A stretch of 64,000 bases of DNA from Eubacteriales bacterium (GCA_045598975.1 JAZRVE010000099.1:4315-68314); one strand, 5' to 3'. Positions 44,489 to 55,392 are shown, numbered from the stretch's first letter. Made by a program: numbers and translations. The notes: generated by a model not told the origin, from the letters alone.

Positions 44489-47400
44489 TCACAGCTTGAC
44501 GCCGGTCTTCTTTTCGACGTCGTCGATGTTGACCTTCAAGAAGGTGGAAACACCTTTTTCCTGCATGGTGACGCCGTACATGGTGTCGGCGACCTCCATG
44601 GTACCGCGGCGGTGGGTGATGACGATGAACTGCGTATCGGAATGCCGCTTGACGTAGGCGGCAAAACGGGCGACGTTGACGTCATCGAGCGCCGCTTCGA
44701 TCTCGTCGAAGATGTAGAAGGGTGCGGGGTTGACTTCCAGAATGGCGAAATACAGCGCGATGGCGGTAAACGCCTGCTCGCCGCCGGAAAGCAGCGAGAT
44801 GTTCTTGACCATCTTGCCGGGCGGCTGGACGTTGATCTCGATGCCGGATTCGAGGATGTTTTCGGGATCGGTGATGACGATGTCGGCGTGTCCGCCGCCG
44901 AATAATTCCGCGAAAACACGACCGAAGTTTGAGTTGATGCTCGTCACGGCCTGCTCGAAGAGCTTCTTCATGTCGGATTCCAGATGCCTGATGACGTTTT
45001 CAAGGCTCTTTTTGGCGCTTTCCAGATCGTTTATCTGTCCCGTCATGAAGTCGTAGCGTTCTTTGGTCTCCTTGTATTCGTCCACGGCACCCACGTTGAT
45101 GGGACCGAGAGCGCGTATCTTCGCCTTGACGGAGGTAAGCTCCGACGCCGAAGAGGAGGTGGGCTCCGGCAGATGCAGTTCAAGTGCCGCGGTGAAGGTG
45201 AGGGCGTACTCCTCGAACAGCTTGGCGTTGAGCGTATCGTATTCGGCACGGCAGCCCGCGAGCGCCGCTTCGTTTCGCGTCATGAGCTCGAAGAACACCT
45301 CTTTGTCACGCAGAAGGTCTTTTTGCTCGTCGCGTTTGCCGGTCATGTCCGATTCCGCCTGCGTGGCGTTTGCGAGATATTCGGCAAGCTCCGTCTTTTT
45401 GCTTTCCCACAGGGCGGTCGTTTCGTCGAGGGCTTTTTTGTTTTCCTCGATGTCGAACGCGATGCCGGAGAGACGGTTTTCGATGGCGGTCAGTTCTTCG
45501 CGTAAGGCTTCGAGGCGCTTTTGCGTCTCGTTTATCTTCTTTTCGGATGCCTGTACCTCGGTCTGCGCGTTTTCCGCATCCTTTTCTGCGGAAACGAGCG
45601 TCACGCGGCACTGCGTCTGCTTTTCCCTTGCTTTTTGCAGCAGTTCGTACGCCGTGTCGGCAAGAGAATTGAGCTCGGCGTGCGCGTTTTGAAGCGATTG
45701 CGCTTGGGTCTCCGCTTCCAGCAGAGCCGCGGATAAGGCGGAGAGCGCCTGCTGTTTTTTCTGCTCGTCGAATTCGTCGAGCTGTCCGTTCAGTTCTTTT
45801 ATGCGCTCGGAGCAGACGTCGATGTGCTCCTTGTGGAGCCGTGCGTCGTTCTCGCTGCGGTAGAGGGAGGCGTCGGCGCTTGCCAGATCGTTGCGGAAGC
45901 TTTCGATGAATTCTTCGCTTTCGGCGATCGCCTGCCTGTTTTCTTCGATTTTTTCGTTGAGAAGCTTTGTTTTTTTGAGAATGTCATCGATAGACGCCTG
46001 CAAGGACGCGATGTCGGCACCGCGGGAAAGGACGCCCGTCTTGAAGCCGGCGGAACCGCCGGTATACGAGCCGCCGGCGTTGACGACCTGTCCGTCGAGC
46101 GTGACGACCTTGTAGCGGAAGGAATAGGCACGCGCGATGACGGAGGCACTGTCGATGTTGTCGGCGACGATGGTGCGCCCGAGCAGATATTCGGCGATGG
46201 GACGGTATTTTTCGTCAAACGTCACAAGAGCGCTCGCGATCCCGATAAAACCGGGGTTGCGGTCGATGTGCGGCTCGGATAAAGGCCGTCCGGAGACCGA
46301 CGTGAGCGGCAGGAAGGTGGCGCGTCCGGCGTTTGTCTGTTTGAGGAAGCGCATGGCGGCCTTGGCGTCGGCTTCCGTTTCGACGATGATGTGGGAGACC
46401 GAGGCGCCGAGGGCGGTCTCGATGGCGGTGACGTATTCGCCGGCGACGGTGAGCCGCTTGGAGACGGGACCGCAGATACCGGTAAGCTCGCCCGCGTTCA
46501 GCACCGCCTTGACACTGCCCGGATAGCCCTCCATGAGCGCTTCCATCTTGGCGAGCGTCTCCTTGCGGTGGGTGTCGGCGGCAAAAGCGGCGGCGTATTC
46601 GTTCTTTTTCTGTAAATATTCGTCACGCTCTTTTACAAGCGTTTGCCGATTGTTCTTTTCTTCTTCCAGATCGCGGTTGATCTGCTCTTTTTCCGCTTGG
46701 GCTTCCGCCTTGCGCTTCAACGCCGCCTCGTGATAGGTGTAGGTCTGCTCCAACTCCTGCGTTGCCTTCTCGATTTCGGCAGACAAGAACGCCCTTCGCT
46801 CGGTCTCGTTCTTCTCAGAGCTTTTTTCGGCAGCTTCCCGGATTTTGAGCTCGGTCACTTTTTCGTTCTGACGGCGCAGAGCGTCCGAGCTCTGCTCGAT
46901 GCGCGCTTCGGCGTCACGGTAGTCGTTTTCGGCTTTCTCGACGGCGGCGTCGGCGTTTTCCGCGGCACTTTTGGCGTCGGTAAGCGCTTTTTCCTTTTGC
47001 GCGGCAAGCGCTTCGGCGTCACGCTTTTCCTTTTCGAGCCGCACGCTTTCGGTGTCGGTCAGAAAGGCGATCTCGCCCTTTAAGGTGTTCTGCCGCTCGC
47101 TGTGGTGGGAAATGTCGTTTTCCGACAGCGAACGCAGGTTTTCGTAGTGGTTCTTTTTTTCTTCGAGCTCGGCGATCTCCGTGCGGGTACTTTCCGCTTT
47201 TTGAGCGAAAAACTGCTTTTTGTTGAACAGCCCGTCAAGCGCGGCCTCCAATAACTCTTCCTCGTGCTGTTTTTCCTCGTAGGAGGCTTTGGCGTCGCTG
47301 AATTTCTGTTCGAGCTCCGCCGCCTTGGTGTCGGACTGCGCTATTTTTTTGAGCCAGATCGAAACTTCCAGCTCTTTTTTGCGGTCGGCGAGTACGAGAT

Positions 47401-48043
47401 ATTTTTTCGCGTTTTCGGCGTCCTTTTCGAGAGGTCCCAGCCGCGAGGAGACTTCGCCGATGATGTCGGTCAGTCTGAGCAGGTTGGCGTCGGTCTCGGT
47501 CAGTTTTTTCTCGGCGTCGTTTTTGCGGTAGCGGTATTTGGAGATGCCGGCGGCTTCCTCGAAAATGTGGCGCCGCTCGTCGCTTTTCTGTGAGAGCACT
47601 TCGGCGATCTTGCCCTGTCCGATAACGGAATAGCCCTCGCGTCCGATACCGGTGTTGAGAAAGAGCTCGTAAATATCTTTTAAGCGTGACGGCTTTTCGT
47701 TGATGCGGTATTCGCTGTCGCCCGAACGGTAGTATTTGCGGGTGACCTTGACTTCTTCCGCATCGTTCGGCAGATCGCCGGCGGCGTTGTCGATGATGAT
47801 GGAGACTTCGCAGAAGCCGGTCTGACTGCGTCCCGCGGTGCCGGCGAAAATGACGTCCTCCATTTTGGAGCCGCGCAAGGATTTGGGGCTCATCTCACCA
47901 AGCACCCAGCGGACGGCGTCGGAAATGTTGGATTTTCCGCTTCCGTTAGGGCCTACGACGGCGGTGACGCCGCGCTCGAATTCCAATCTCGTTTTGTCGG
48001 GGAAGGATTTGAATCCCCTCAGTTCCAGTGCTTTTAAGTACAA
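44489..48043 (-). CDS. smc: chromosome segregation protein SMC
   Basis: 1184 aa with Walker A GPNGSGKSN, long coiled coils, hinge, and signature LSGGEQAF. Confidence 0.97.
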   Translation of the reverse strand: MYLKALELRGFKSFPDKTRLEFERGVTAVVGPNGSGKSNISDAVRWVLGEMSPKSLRGSKMEDVIFAGTAGRSQTGFCEVSIIIDNAAGDLPNDAEEVKVTRKYYRSGDSEYRINEKPSRLKDIYELFLNTGIGREGYSVIGQGKIAEVLSQKSDERRHIFEEAAGISKYRYRKNDAEKKLTETDANLLRLTDIIGEVSSRLGPLEKDAENAKKYLVLADRKKELEVSIWLKKIAQSDTKAAELEQKFSDAKASYEEKQHEEELLEAALDGLFNKKQFFAQKAESTRTEIAELEEKKNHYENLRSLSENDISHHSERQNTLKGEIAFLTDTESVRLEKEKRDAEALAAQKEKALTDAKSAAENADAAVEKAENDYRDAEARIEQSSDALRRQNEKVTELKIREAAEKSSEKNETERRAFLSAEIEKATQELEQTYTYHEAALKRKAEAQAEKEQINRDLEEEKNNRQTLVKERDEYLQKKNEYAAAFAADTHRKETLAKMEALMEGYPGSVKAVLNAGELTGICGPVSKRLTVAGEYVTAIETALGASVSHIIVETEADAKAAMRFLKQTNAGRATFLPLTSVSGRPLSEPHIDRNPGFIGIASALVTFDEKYRPIAEYLLGRTIVADNIDSASVIARAYSFRYKVVTLDGQVVNAGGSYTGGSAGFKTGVLSRGADIASLQASIDDILKKTKLLNEKIEENRQAIAESEEFIESFRNDLASADASLYRSENDARLHKEHIDVCSERIKELNGQLDEFDEQKKQQALSALSAALLEAETQAQSLQNAHAELNSLADTAYELLQKAREKQTQCRVTLVSAEKDAENAQTEVQASEKKINETQKRLEALREELTAIENRLSGIAFDIEENKKALDETTALWESKKTELAEYLANATQAESDMTGKRDEQKDLLRDKEVFFELMTRNEAALAGCRAEYDTLNAKLFEEYALTFTAALELHLPEPTSSSASELTSVKAKIRALGPINVGAVDEYKETKERYDFMTGQINDLESAKKSLENVIRHLESDMKKLFEQAVTSINSNFGRVFAELFGGGHADIVITDPENILESGIEINVQPPGKMVKNISLLSGGEQAFTAIALYFAILEVNPAPFYIFDEIEAALDDVNVARFAAYVKRHSDTQFIVITHRRGTMEVADTMYGVTMQEKGVSTFLKVNIDDVEKKTGVKL

Positions 48044-48070
48044 TGTCGGTACCGTCCTTGTTCGGGTAGT

Positions 48071-49120
48071 TTATCGGAAAGAAAGGGTGTGCGGCGCAAC
48101 GTCTTTGTCCTCACGGATGCAGACGCGCCGCAGGGGTATGCTGTTTTCTTCGGCAAATGCAAGAAGCTTTTGCCTGTTTTGTCCGCCGTGCCCGGCGACC
48201 TTGGAGGGCTCGCCCGGTGCGCAGAGGACGGTGAGGATGCCGCCGTTTTCCTTGCAGAGCGCACGGATGCGCTCGCCGGCACGGCAGACCAGATCGTAGT
48301 AGTAGGCGCTTTCGACGAGCTCGCCGACGGCGCTGTGATAGTAGGTGGCGTCGGGATAGACGGCGTCGCCTTCCGTGAGCGATTCGCCGGATTGTAAGCC
48401 GATGCGCAGGACGTTTATCCCGTTTTCGAGTAAGATGCGGTAGGCGGGAAGCGTCCGTTTTACGGCGTCCTCCACGGAAAGCGGCGTATACAGCCCCTCT
48501 TTTGCCATGCCGCATAAGGCGGTATCGCGGAACACGACGGTGGGGTAGAGGCGCGCTTCTTTGCAGCCGAAGCGCACGATGTCGCGTGCCGTCCGCTCTT
48601 CCGAAAAGGCGTCCGCGCCCGGCAGACCGATCATCATCTGCCCGCCGAGGGTGAAGCCGAAATCGCGGATGAGCTTGCAGGCACGCTCGGTGTCGCTTGC
48701 GGTGTGCCCGCGCCGGCAGGCGGAAAGGACTTTTTCGTCTGTGCTCTGGATGCCGAGCTCAATGGCGGAAACGCCGCGGTCTTTGAGGACGGTCAGAACG
48801 TCCGTGTCGATGTAGTCGGGGCGGGTGGAAAGGCGGATGGCGCTGACGCGCCCGCTTTTGACGTAGGTGTAGGCCGTGTCGAGAAGCCGCGTCATGACGG
48901 CGCGGTCGATGCCGGTAAACGAGCCGCCGAAGAAGGCGATCTCGATCCCCGTCACGGCGGGGTCGACGGTGGCAAGGGCACGCTCGATCGCGGGACGGAT
49001 GTCCCGGTCGGCGCGGGCGCTTTCACCCGTTATGGTGCGCTGATTGCAGAAAACGCAGGTGTGAGGACAGCCCTCGTGCGGGATAAACAGCGGGATGTTG
49101 GCGTGTTTGGATTTTTTCAT
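48071..49120 (-). CDS. radical SAM protein (ELP3-like family commonly found between rnc and smc)
   Basis: CPHTCVFC CxxxCxxC cluster near the N-terminus. ATGA overlap with the rnc stop. Confidence 0.75.
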   Translation of the reverse strand: MKKSKHANIPLFIPHEGCPHTCVFCNQRTITGESARADRDIRPAIERALATVDPAVTGIEIAFFGGSFTGIDRAVMTRLLDTAYTYVKSGRVSAIRLSTRPDYIDTDVLTVLKDRGVSAIELGIQSTDEKVLSACRRGHTASDTERACKLIRDFGFTLGGQMMIGLPGADAFSEERTARDIVRFGCKEARLYPTVVFRDTALCGMAKEGLYTPLSVEDAVKRTLPAYRILLENGINVLRIGLQSGESLTEGDAVYPDATYYHSAVGELVESAYYYDLVCRAGERIRALCKENGGILTVLCAPGEPSKVAGHGGQNRQKLLAFAEENSIPLRRVCIREDKDVAPHTLSFR

Positions 49121-49833
49121 GGCTCCGATACGGCGCCGAATAATAAAAGCGCCTGATGAGCCGCCTGCTGTTCCGCTTCGCGCTTGGAGGAGCCGGAGCC
49201 TTTGCCGATGACGTTGTTGTTGAGGGTGACTTCGACGTCAAAGGTGCGGTTGTGCGAGGGACCGCTTTCGCCGGTGACGGCGTAGGAGAGGATCTCTCCG
49301 CGGGACTGCTGGATGAATTTCTGTAACAGGGTTTTGTAATCCTCGGTGTTGCCGCTTCCGATGAGCCTGTCCGCCGCTTTGACGATAAAGGGCAGGATGA
49401 ACGCCTGCGCTTTTTCGAAGCCGCCGTCGAGATAGATGGCGGCGATGACGGCTTCCGTCGCGTCGGCAAGGATGGATTTGCGCGTTCTGCCGCCGGAGGT
49501 CTCTTCACCGTGTCCGAGCCGCAGATAATCGCCGAGTCCGAGTTCGTTCGCATAGTCGTATAAAGCGTTTTCGCAGACGACGCCGGCGCGTATCTTGGTC
49601 AAGTCCCCTTCGTACAGATGGCGGTTTTCGGTAAAAAGATAGACGCTCGCGATGAGCGATAAGACCGAGTCTCCGAGAAATTCCAGCCGCTCGTTGCAGG
49701 GTGCGTCCTGTTTCTGCGCCTTGCTCTCGTTGGAAAAGGACGAGTGGGTGAGGGCGGTCAGCAAAAGCGTTTTGTTGGTAAAGGTATACCCGATCTTCTT
49801 TTCAAATTGCGTTAACATGTCGTTGGTTTGCAA
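49117..49833 (-). CDS. rnc: ribonuclease III
   Basis: ERLEFLGDSVL signature and a C-terminal dsRBD. TTG start 6 nt after GGGAGGA; an ATG five codons downstream is an alternative. Confidence 0.92.
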   Translation of the reverse strand: MQTNDMLTQFEKKIGYTFTNKTLLLTALTHSSFSNESKAQKQDAPCNERLEFLGDSVLSLIASVYLFTENRHLYEGDLTKIRAGVVCENALYDYANELGLGDYLRLGHGEETSGGRTRKSILADATEAVIAAIYLDGGFEKAQAFILPFIVKAADRLIGSGNTEDYKTLLQKFIQQSRGEILSYAVTGESGPSHNRTFDVEVTLNNNVIGKGSGSSKREAEQQAAHQALLLFGAVSEP

Positions 49834-49857
49834 TGGTATTCCTCCCGATGACGTTAT

Positions 49858-50862
49858 TCATGCCCGGGGCTCGGATGCGCACAGACGCTCGATCTCGTCG
49901 ATCATGCCGCTTTGCGCATAGTTCTTCGCCTGATTGATGCAGTAGGCGATGCTGACGGCACCGGCGGTGCCGTGTGCCTTGATGACGGGCTTTGCTATGC
50001 CTAAAAACGGCGCACCGCCGTATTCGTCGTAGGTCATTTCCTTGGTGAGCGCCTTGATGCTGCCGGCACAAAGGAGCGCACCTGCCTTGGAGAGGGCGTT
50101 GTGATAAAAGACGCGCTTTAAGGTGGATTTGACGAAGAGCCCCGCACCCTCGCATAATTTGAGCACGATGTTGCCGGTAAAGCCGTCGGCGACCATGACG
50201 TCCACTTTCCCCTCGGGGATCTCGCGTCCTTCGATGTTGCCGACGAAGTTGAGGGAGTCGTCCTGTTTGAGGAACTGATAGGTTTCGCTTTGCAGAGCCG
50301 TTCCCTTGTGCTCTTCGGCGCCGTTGTTGATGAGTGCGACCTTGGGAGAGGGAACGCCCATGACTTTTTCCATAAATAAGCTTCCCATACGGGCAAACAG
50401 CACGAGATTGTCGGGCGTGCAGTCGGTCTGGGCACCGGCATCGGCAAGAAGGGTGGGCGAGCCGAGCGGGATGATGGCGCCGAGCGCCGGGCGGCGGACG
50501 CCCTTGATGCGGCGGATTTTCAGGGTGGCGCCGGTAAGCAGTGCACCGGTGTTGCCGGAGCTGATGAGAGCGTCGCCTTCGCCCGCTTTGAGAAGGTCGA
50601 GCGCGACCGCCATGGAGGAGTGCGCTTTTTCTTCCGTCATGACGTCGCCGGGATGGTCGGTCATGACAAGCTGGGGACCCGGTGCGTCAACGATCGTCAC
50701 CGAAGCGGCGTCGAATCCGTTTTTGGCTATCGCCTGCCCGATGACCGCCGTTTCTCCGACTAAAATAACGTCAACGTCATAGCGTTCTTTTCCGAGAAAA
50801 GCGCCTTTGACAAGTTCCTCCGGCGAGTTGTCGCCGCTCATGCAGTCAAGAATGATTTTCAT
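49858..50862 (-). CDS. plsX: phosphate acyltransferase
   Basis: 334 aa, collinear with PlsX (MGGDNAP-like DCMSGDNSP, GNTGALL). Confidence 0.92.
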   Translation of the reverse strand: MKIILDCMSGDNSPEELVKGAFLGKERYDVDVILVGETAVIGQAIAKNGFDAASVTIVDAPGPQLVMTDHPGDVMTEEKAHSSMAVALDLLKAGEGDALISSGNTGALLTGATLKIRRIKGVRRPALGAIIPLGSPTLLADAGAQTDCTPDNLVLFARMGSLFMEKVMGVPSPKVALINNGAEEHKGTALQSETYQFLKQDDSLNFVGNIEGREIPEGKVDVMVADGFTGNIVLKLCEGAGLFVKSTLKRVFYHNALSKAGALLCAGSIKALTKEMTYDEYGGAPFLGIAKPVIKAHGTAGAVSIAYCINQAKNYAQSGMIDEIERLCASEPRA

Positions 50863-50887
50863 GGGATATTAAACCCTTTCTGTTGCC

Positions 50888-53179
50888 TTATTTGGCTTTT
50901 CCCGCCGATTTTTTGCCTTTGGCGGCGGCTGTGTTTCCGTTGTAGGAGCAGGTCTTGTCAAGGCAGACGAATACGTCGTCCTTGCCTCTCTTTTTGAGAA
51001 GCATTTTGCCGCAGACCGGGCATTTTTCGGTGGTAGGCACGTCGCAGGACGTGAATTTGCAATCGGGATACCCGGTACAACTGTAAAACGTGGTGCGGTT
51101 GCGCCCGTGGCGGATGGCGATCTTTTTGCCGCAGAGCGGGCAGAGCGCGTCGATCTCCTTGGTGATGGGCTTGGTGCCGCTGCACTTGGGATAGGAGGCG
51201 CAGGCGTAGAAGGTGCCGTAGCGTCCCCGGCGAATGACCATTTCGCCGCCGCAGATGTCACAGCGGACGTCGTCCGGCGCTTTTTGAAGCTGTTTCTCGC
51301 CGGCGTCCTTTTCGACGGGGTTGCCGTCCTTGTCGAGCGTCTTGGTGTTGCGGCAGGCGGGATAGTTGGGGCAGGCGGCGAATTTGCCGAAGCGCCCGCT
51401 CTTGATGATCATGGTCGCGCCGCATTTCTCGCAGACGATGTCGGTCTCGATGACCGGCAGCTTGTAGTTTTCTTTGTCGATGGTGGTGTTCGCCACGGCG
51501 ATCTCTTTTTCGAAATCGTTGTAGAAGGTGCGCAGAACGTCCGTCATTTTTTTGTCGCCGTTTTCGATGTCGTCGAGGGAATCCTCCATGTTGGCGGTGA
51601 AGCCGTAATCGACGATCTCGGCGAAATTGTCGCACATGAGCTTGGTGGTCACTTCTCCGAGAGAGGTCGGTTTGAGCGTCTTGGCATCGCGCTCGACGTA
51701 GCCGCGCTGTAAGATGGTGGTGATGGTCGGCGCAAAGGTGGACGGACGTCCGATGCCCTTTTCTTCGAGCGCCTTGATGAGCGTGCCTTCGGAGTAGCGA
51801 GCGGGCGGCTGGGTGAAGTGCTGCATGGGCGTGATGTCGGACGCGGAAAGCGACTGCCCGACCTCGACGTTTGGCAGTAAGGTGTCCTTTTCGTCGGCTT
51901 CGTCCGCCTTTTCCTCCGGCTTGTCGTCGTAGAGCGCCATGTAGCCGGCGAAGCGGAGCGTGTAGCCCGAGCTGCGGAACGGCACGCCGTTCCCTTCGGT
52001 GTCGATGGTGACGGTGTCAAGCACGGCGGACGCCATCTGGCTGGCAAGGAAACGGTCCCAGATGAGCTTGTACAGCTTGTACTGGTCGGCCGTCAGAAAC
52101 TGCTTGATGTCCTTCGGCGGGTATTTCATGTAGGAAGGACGGATGGCTTCATGCGCGTCCTGCGCCCCGGAACGGGACTTGTAGACGCGGCGGGTGTCGG
52201 GATAGTATTCGTTGCCGTAGACCTCGCGGATGTACGCTTCGGCGCTGTCGGCGGCGGTGGAGGAAATGTGCAGGGAGTCGGTACGCATGTAGGAAATGAT
52301 ACCGTGCGAACCGTCTGAGCCGAGGGAAATACCTTCGTAAAGCTCCTGCGCCGTCTTCATGGTCTTGGAGGATGAGAAACCGAGCCGACGGTATGCCTCC
52401 TGCTGTAAGGTGGAGGTGATGAAGGGCGGCTGGGGATTCTTCAAACGGACTGCTTTTTTGAGATTGGTGACCGAGAAGGTGTGCCCGTCGATCTTGGCAA
52501 GCAGTGCGTCGGTCTTCTGCTTGTCGGAGAGCTCGAATTTGTTTCCGGCGACGTAGGAAGCCTTGAAGGACTTGCCGTCGGGCGTCACGAGGGTGGCGTC
52601 CACCGTCCAGTATTCCTCCGAGCGAAAGGCGCGGATCTCGTTTTCGCGGTCGACGATGAGGCGCGTTGCCACAGACTGCACACGCCCGGCGGAAAGACCG
52701 CTCTTGATCTTCTTCCATAAAATGGGGCTGACCTGATAACCGACGATGCGGTCGAGAATGCGCCGCGTCTGCTGGGCGTCGACCAAATTCATGTTGAGCC
52801 CGACGGGATTCTTTACCGCTTTTTTGACGGCGTCCTCCGTCACTTCGTTGAAGCGGATGCGCTTGGCCTTGTTTTCGTCGAGATCGAGCACCTGCATCAG
52901 ATGCCACGAAATGGCTTCGCCCTCGCGGTCGGGGTCGGTCGCGAGGTAAACGGTGTCAGCCTTTTTGGCTTCCGCTTTGAGCCCCTTGATGAGGTCGCCC
53001 TTGCCGCGGATGTTGATATACTTGGGCGAAAAGCCGTGCTCGATGTCGATGCCGAGCGCGCTCTTGGGCAGGTCGCGGACGTGTCCCTGCGAGGCGATGA
53101 CCTTGTAGTTTTTGCCGAGATAGCTTTTGACGGCCTTGATCTTGTTGGGTGATTCGAGAATGACAAGTTTGTTAGCCAC
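50888..53179 (-). CDS. topA: DNA topoisomerase I (type IA)
   Basis: Toprim start LVILESPNK, active-site region and C-terminal repeated Cys4 zinc ribbons. GTG start behind AGGAGGA. Confidence 0.96.
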   Translation of the reverse strand: MANKLVILESPNKIKAVKSYLGKNYKVIASQGHVRDLPKSALGIDIEHGFSPKYINIRGKGDLIKGLKAEAKKADTVYLATDPDREGEAISWHLMQVLDLDENKAKRIRFNEVTEDAVKKAVKNPVGLNMNLVDAQQTRRILDRIVGYQVSPILWKKIKSGLSAGRVQSVATRLIVDRENEIRAFRSEEYWTVDATLVTPDGKSFKASYVAGNKFELSDKQKTDALLAKIDGHTFSVTNLKKAVRLKNPQPPFITSTLQQEAYRRLGFSSSKTMKTAQELYEGISLGSDGSHGIISYMRTDSLHISSTAADSAEAYIREVYGNEYYPDTRRVYKSRSGAQDAHEAIRPSYMKYPPKDIKQFLTADQYKLYKLIWDRFLASQMASAVLDTVTIDTEGNGVPFRSSGYTLRFAGYMALYDDKPEEKADEADEKDTLLPNVEVGQSLSASDITPMQHFTQPPARYSEGTLIKALEEKGIGRPSTFAPTITTILQRGYVERDAKTLKPTSLGEVTTKLMCDNFAEIVDYGFTANMEDSLDDIENGDKKMTDVLRTFYNDFEKEIAVANTTIDKENYKLPVIETDIVCEKCGATMIIKSGRFGKFAACPNYPACRNTKTLDKDGNPVEKDAGEKQLQKAPDDVRCDICGGEMVIRRGRYGTFYACASYPKCSGTKPITKEIDALCPLCGKKIAIRHGRNRTTFYSCTGYPDCKFTSCDVPTTEKCPVCGKMLLKKRGKDDVFVCLDKTCSYNGNTAAAKGKKSAGKAK

Positions 53180-53228
53180 GGAAATCCTCCTGATGACCGG
53201 TGATCGGTCTGTCTATGTCAAAATTTGT

Positions 53229-54542
53229 TTATGATCTTTCGTAGCGCCCGCCGGGAAGCGAGCGGATAAGCCCGTACACTTCGAGAAGCGTTAAGGCGGA
53301 GAGGGCGTCGTCGGCGCGGATGCCGCCCGACGTGATCTCGTCGAGGGACAGCACGCCGTGCGCGTCGATGAGATCGAAAACGGCGTTTTCGCACGGAGAT
53401 AATAAGGAGCGGTCGGGCTGCGCAGAGGACGGGGAAGGCGCCGGAGCCGGCTCTTTCGCGGACACCGGCTTTTCCGACACCCGGTCGGACGGCTTGCTTC
53501 CCGCTTTTTTGCGCGAAGCTTCGCTCATGCGGGTGGTAAAGGGCTTTTTCAGCGTGCGGGACGGTTTTTCGTCCTGCTTCATGTCGCGGTTGACCGAGAA
53601 CGCTTCCCTGACGGCGGCGTTGAGCTTGCGCACGGGAAGGGAAGGCGGGGTCCGCGTGAACTGCTCGGGGAACATGGCGGCAAATTCGCGGATGAGATCG
53701 TATTCGTCCGTCAGTACCGCGGCACCGTTTTTGATGAGGGACACAGGTCCTTCGTAGAGCTTGTTTTCGGCACTCCCGGGCACGGCGAATATCTTTTTGC
53801 CCTGTCTGAGGGCGTGAGAAGCGGTGATCATGGCGCCGCTTCCGACGGATGCCTCGAAAATGGCGGTCGCGCAGGCGATGGCGCTGATGACGCGGTTGCG
53901 CACGGGAAAATGGTTGCCGATCGGCGGTGAAAAGGGCGGAAATTCGGACAGGATCAGCCCGTTGTGGGACAGTCGCACAAATAACTCCTTGTTCTGCGGC
54001 GGGTAGATGCGGTCGATGCCGCACCCGAGCACGCCGATGGCATAGCCGCCGGCGTCGAGACAGCCCGTCACGCAGGCGGTGTCGATGCCGAGCGCCAGTC
54101 CGCTGATGACGGCACCGCCGCCGTAGGCGGCATTGTACGCGATCTTGTAGGCGTGGCGGAAGCCCGCCTCCGAGCAGGAGCGCGTGCCGACCATGGCGAA
54201 TACCGGCAGCTCGTCGAGCTTTTCAAAGCGTCCGCGGTAGTACAGCAGTGCGGGCGGATCGGTGATGGCACGCAGACGGTCGGGATAGTACGGCTCGCCG
54301 TAGCGGATGAGCCCGATGTGTTCCTTTTCGCAATAGGCAAGACAGCGCTTCGCCTCGTCGAGATCCTTGGCGTCAAGACGTGCGACCTCACCGTCGCGAA
54401 GTCCGAGTTCGCGCAGGTCGTCTTCGGAAGCGCGATAGACGTTCTCGGCACTCTTGTAATGTTCAAGCAGGGTTTTGACGGAAGCGCTCCCGGCACCGAG
54501 CGTGACGGACAGCCATACGTCGTACAGATAATCGTCAGACAA
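53229..54542 (-). CDS. dprA: DNA-processing protein DprA
   Basis: Rossmann core (VISGLALGIDTA, AVPG) with an extended C-terminus. TTG start behind AAAGGAGA. Confidence 0.85.
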   Translation of the reverse strand: MSDDYLYDVWLSVTLGAGSASVKTLLEHYKSAENVYRASEDDLRELGLRDGEVARLDAKDLDEAKRCLAYCEKEHIGLIRYGEPYYPDRLRAITDPPALLYYRGRFEKLDELPVFAMVGTRSCSEAGFRHAYKIAYNAAYGGGAVISGLALGIDTACVTGCLDAGGYAIGVLGCGIDRIYPPQNKELFVRLSHNGLILSEFPPFSPPIGNHFPVRNRVISAIACATAIFEASVGSGAMITASHALRQGKKIFAVPGSAENKLYEGPVSLIKNGAAVLTDEYDLIREFAAMFPEQFTRTPPSLPVRKLNAAVREAFSVNRDMKQDEKPSRTLKKPFTTRMSEASRKKAGSKPSDRVSEKPVSAKEPAPAPSPSSAQPDRSLLSPCENAVFDLIDAHGVLSLDEITSGGIRADDALSALTLLEVYGLIRSLPGGRYERS

Positions 54543-54579
54543 CCGAAAATTCTCCTTTCGGAAAAATCATGAGTACAAG

Positions 54580-55392
54580 TCAGATGAGCGGGCGGCTCTT
54601 GCGCATTTCCCAGAGGATGACGGCGGCGGCAGTCGCCGCGTTGAGGCTTTCGGCACCCTCGTTCATGGGAATGTAGACGGTGCCGTCGCAGGCGCCAAGA
54701 ACGGCGTCGGAGAGCCCGTGTCCCTCGTTGCCGATGACGACGGCGTCGGTCAGCGAAAAGGGGAAGGTGCCGAGCCGCAAACTTGCTCTGTCGAGCGCCG
54801 CACCGAATACCCGCACGCCGTTTTCACGGATGCGCGTGACGGCGGACGCCGTATCGTCCGTGCGGAACAGACGCATTTTGAAAAGACTGCCCATGGCGGC
54901 ACGGACGCACTTGGGAGAAAACGGATCGGCACAGCCTGCGGAAAACAGCACGTTTTCCACGCCGAAGCCGAAGGCACAGCGCAGGATGGCACCGAAATTG
55001 GCGGGATTCTGCACGTCTTCGAGAATAAGAAGCGGTGCGTGTCCCGTGTCCGGCGGAAGCGCATCGCCGATCTCCGGTATACCGAAGCAGGCGAAGATGC
55101 CCTGCGGGGCCTGCTCGCACGATAACTTTTCGTATACCTCATCTGTGACGAGATAGGCATCGCCGCACGGCAGATCGCGGGAAGAGAGACCGTAGGCTCC
55201 GACGGCTTTCTGCGTGCAGAACAGCCGTTTGAGGGACAGTCCCGCCGACAGCGCCTCTTCAAAGAGCTTGATGCCCTCGGTAAAGAAAAGACCTGTCTTT
55301 TCACGTTCCTTTTTGTCGGAGAGGCGCGCCGTCCCGGTGACGACAGGATTTTTGCGCGAGGTGATGGGCTCGAAATGCATCCTTTTGACCAT
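54580..55392 (-). CDS. TrmH/SpoU-family RNA 2'-O-methyltransferase
   Basis: NPANFGAILR, VIGNEGHGLS and ESLNAATAAAV motifs. Confidence 0.8.
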   Translation of the reverse strand: MVKRMHFEPITSRKNPVVTGTARLSDKKEREKTGLFFTEGIKLFEEALSAGLSLKRLFCTQKAVGAYGLSSRDLPCGDAYLVTDEVYEKLSCEQAPQGIFACFGIPEIGDALPPDTGHAPLLILEDVQNPANFGAILRCAFGFGVENVLFSAGCADPFSPKCVRAAMGSLFKMRLFRTDDTASAVTRIRENGVRVFGAALDRASLRLGTFPFSLTDAVVIGNEGHGLSDAVLGACDGTVYIPMNEGAESLNAATAAAVILWEMRKSRPLI

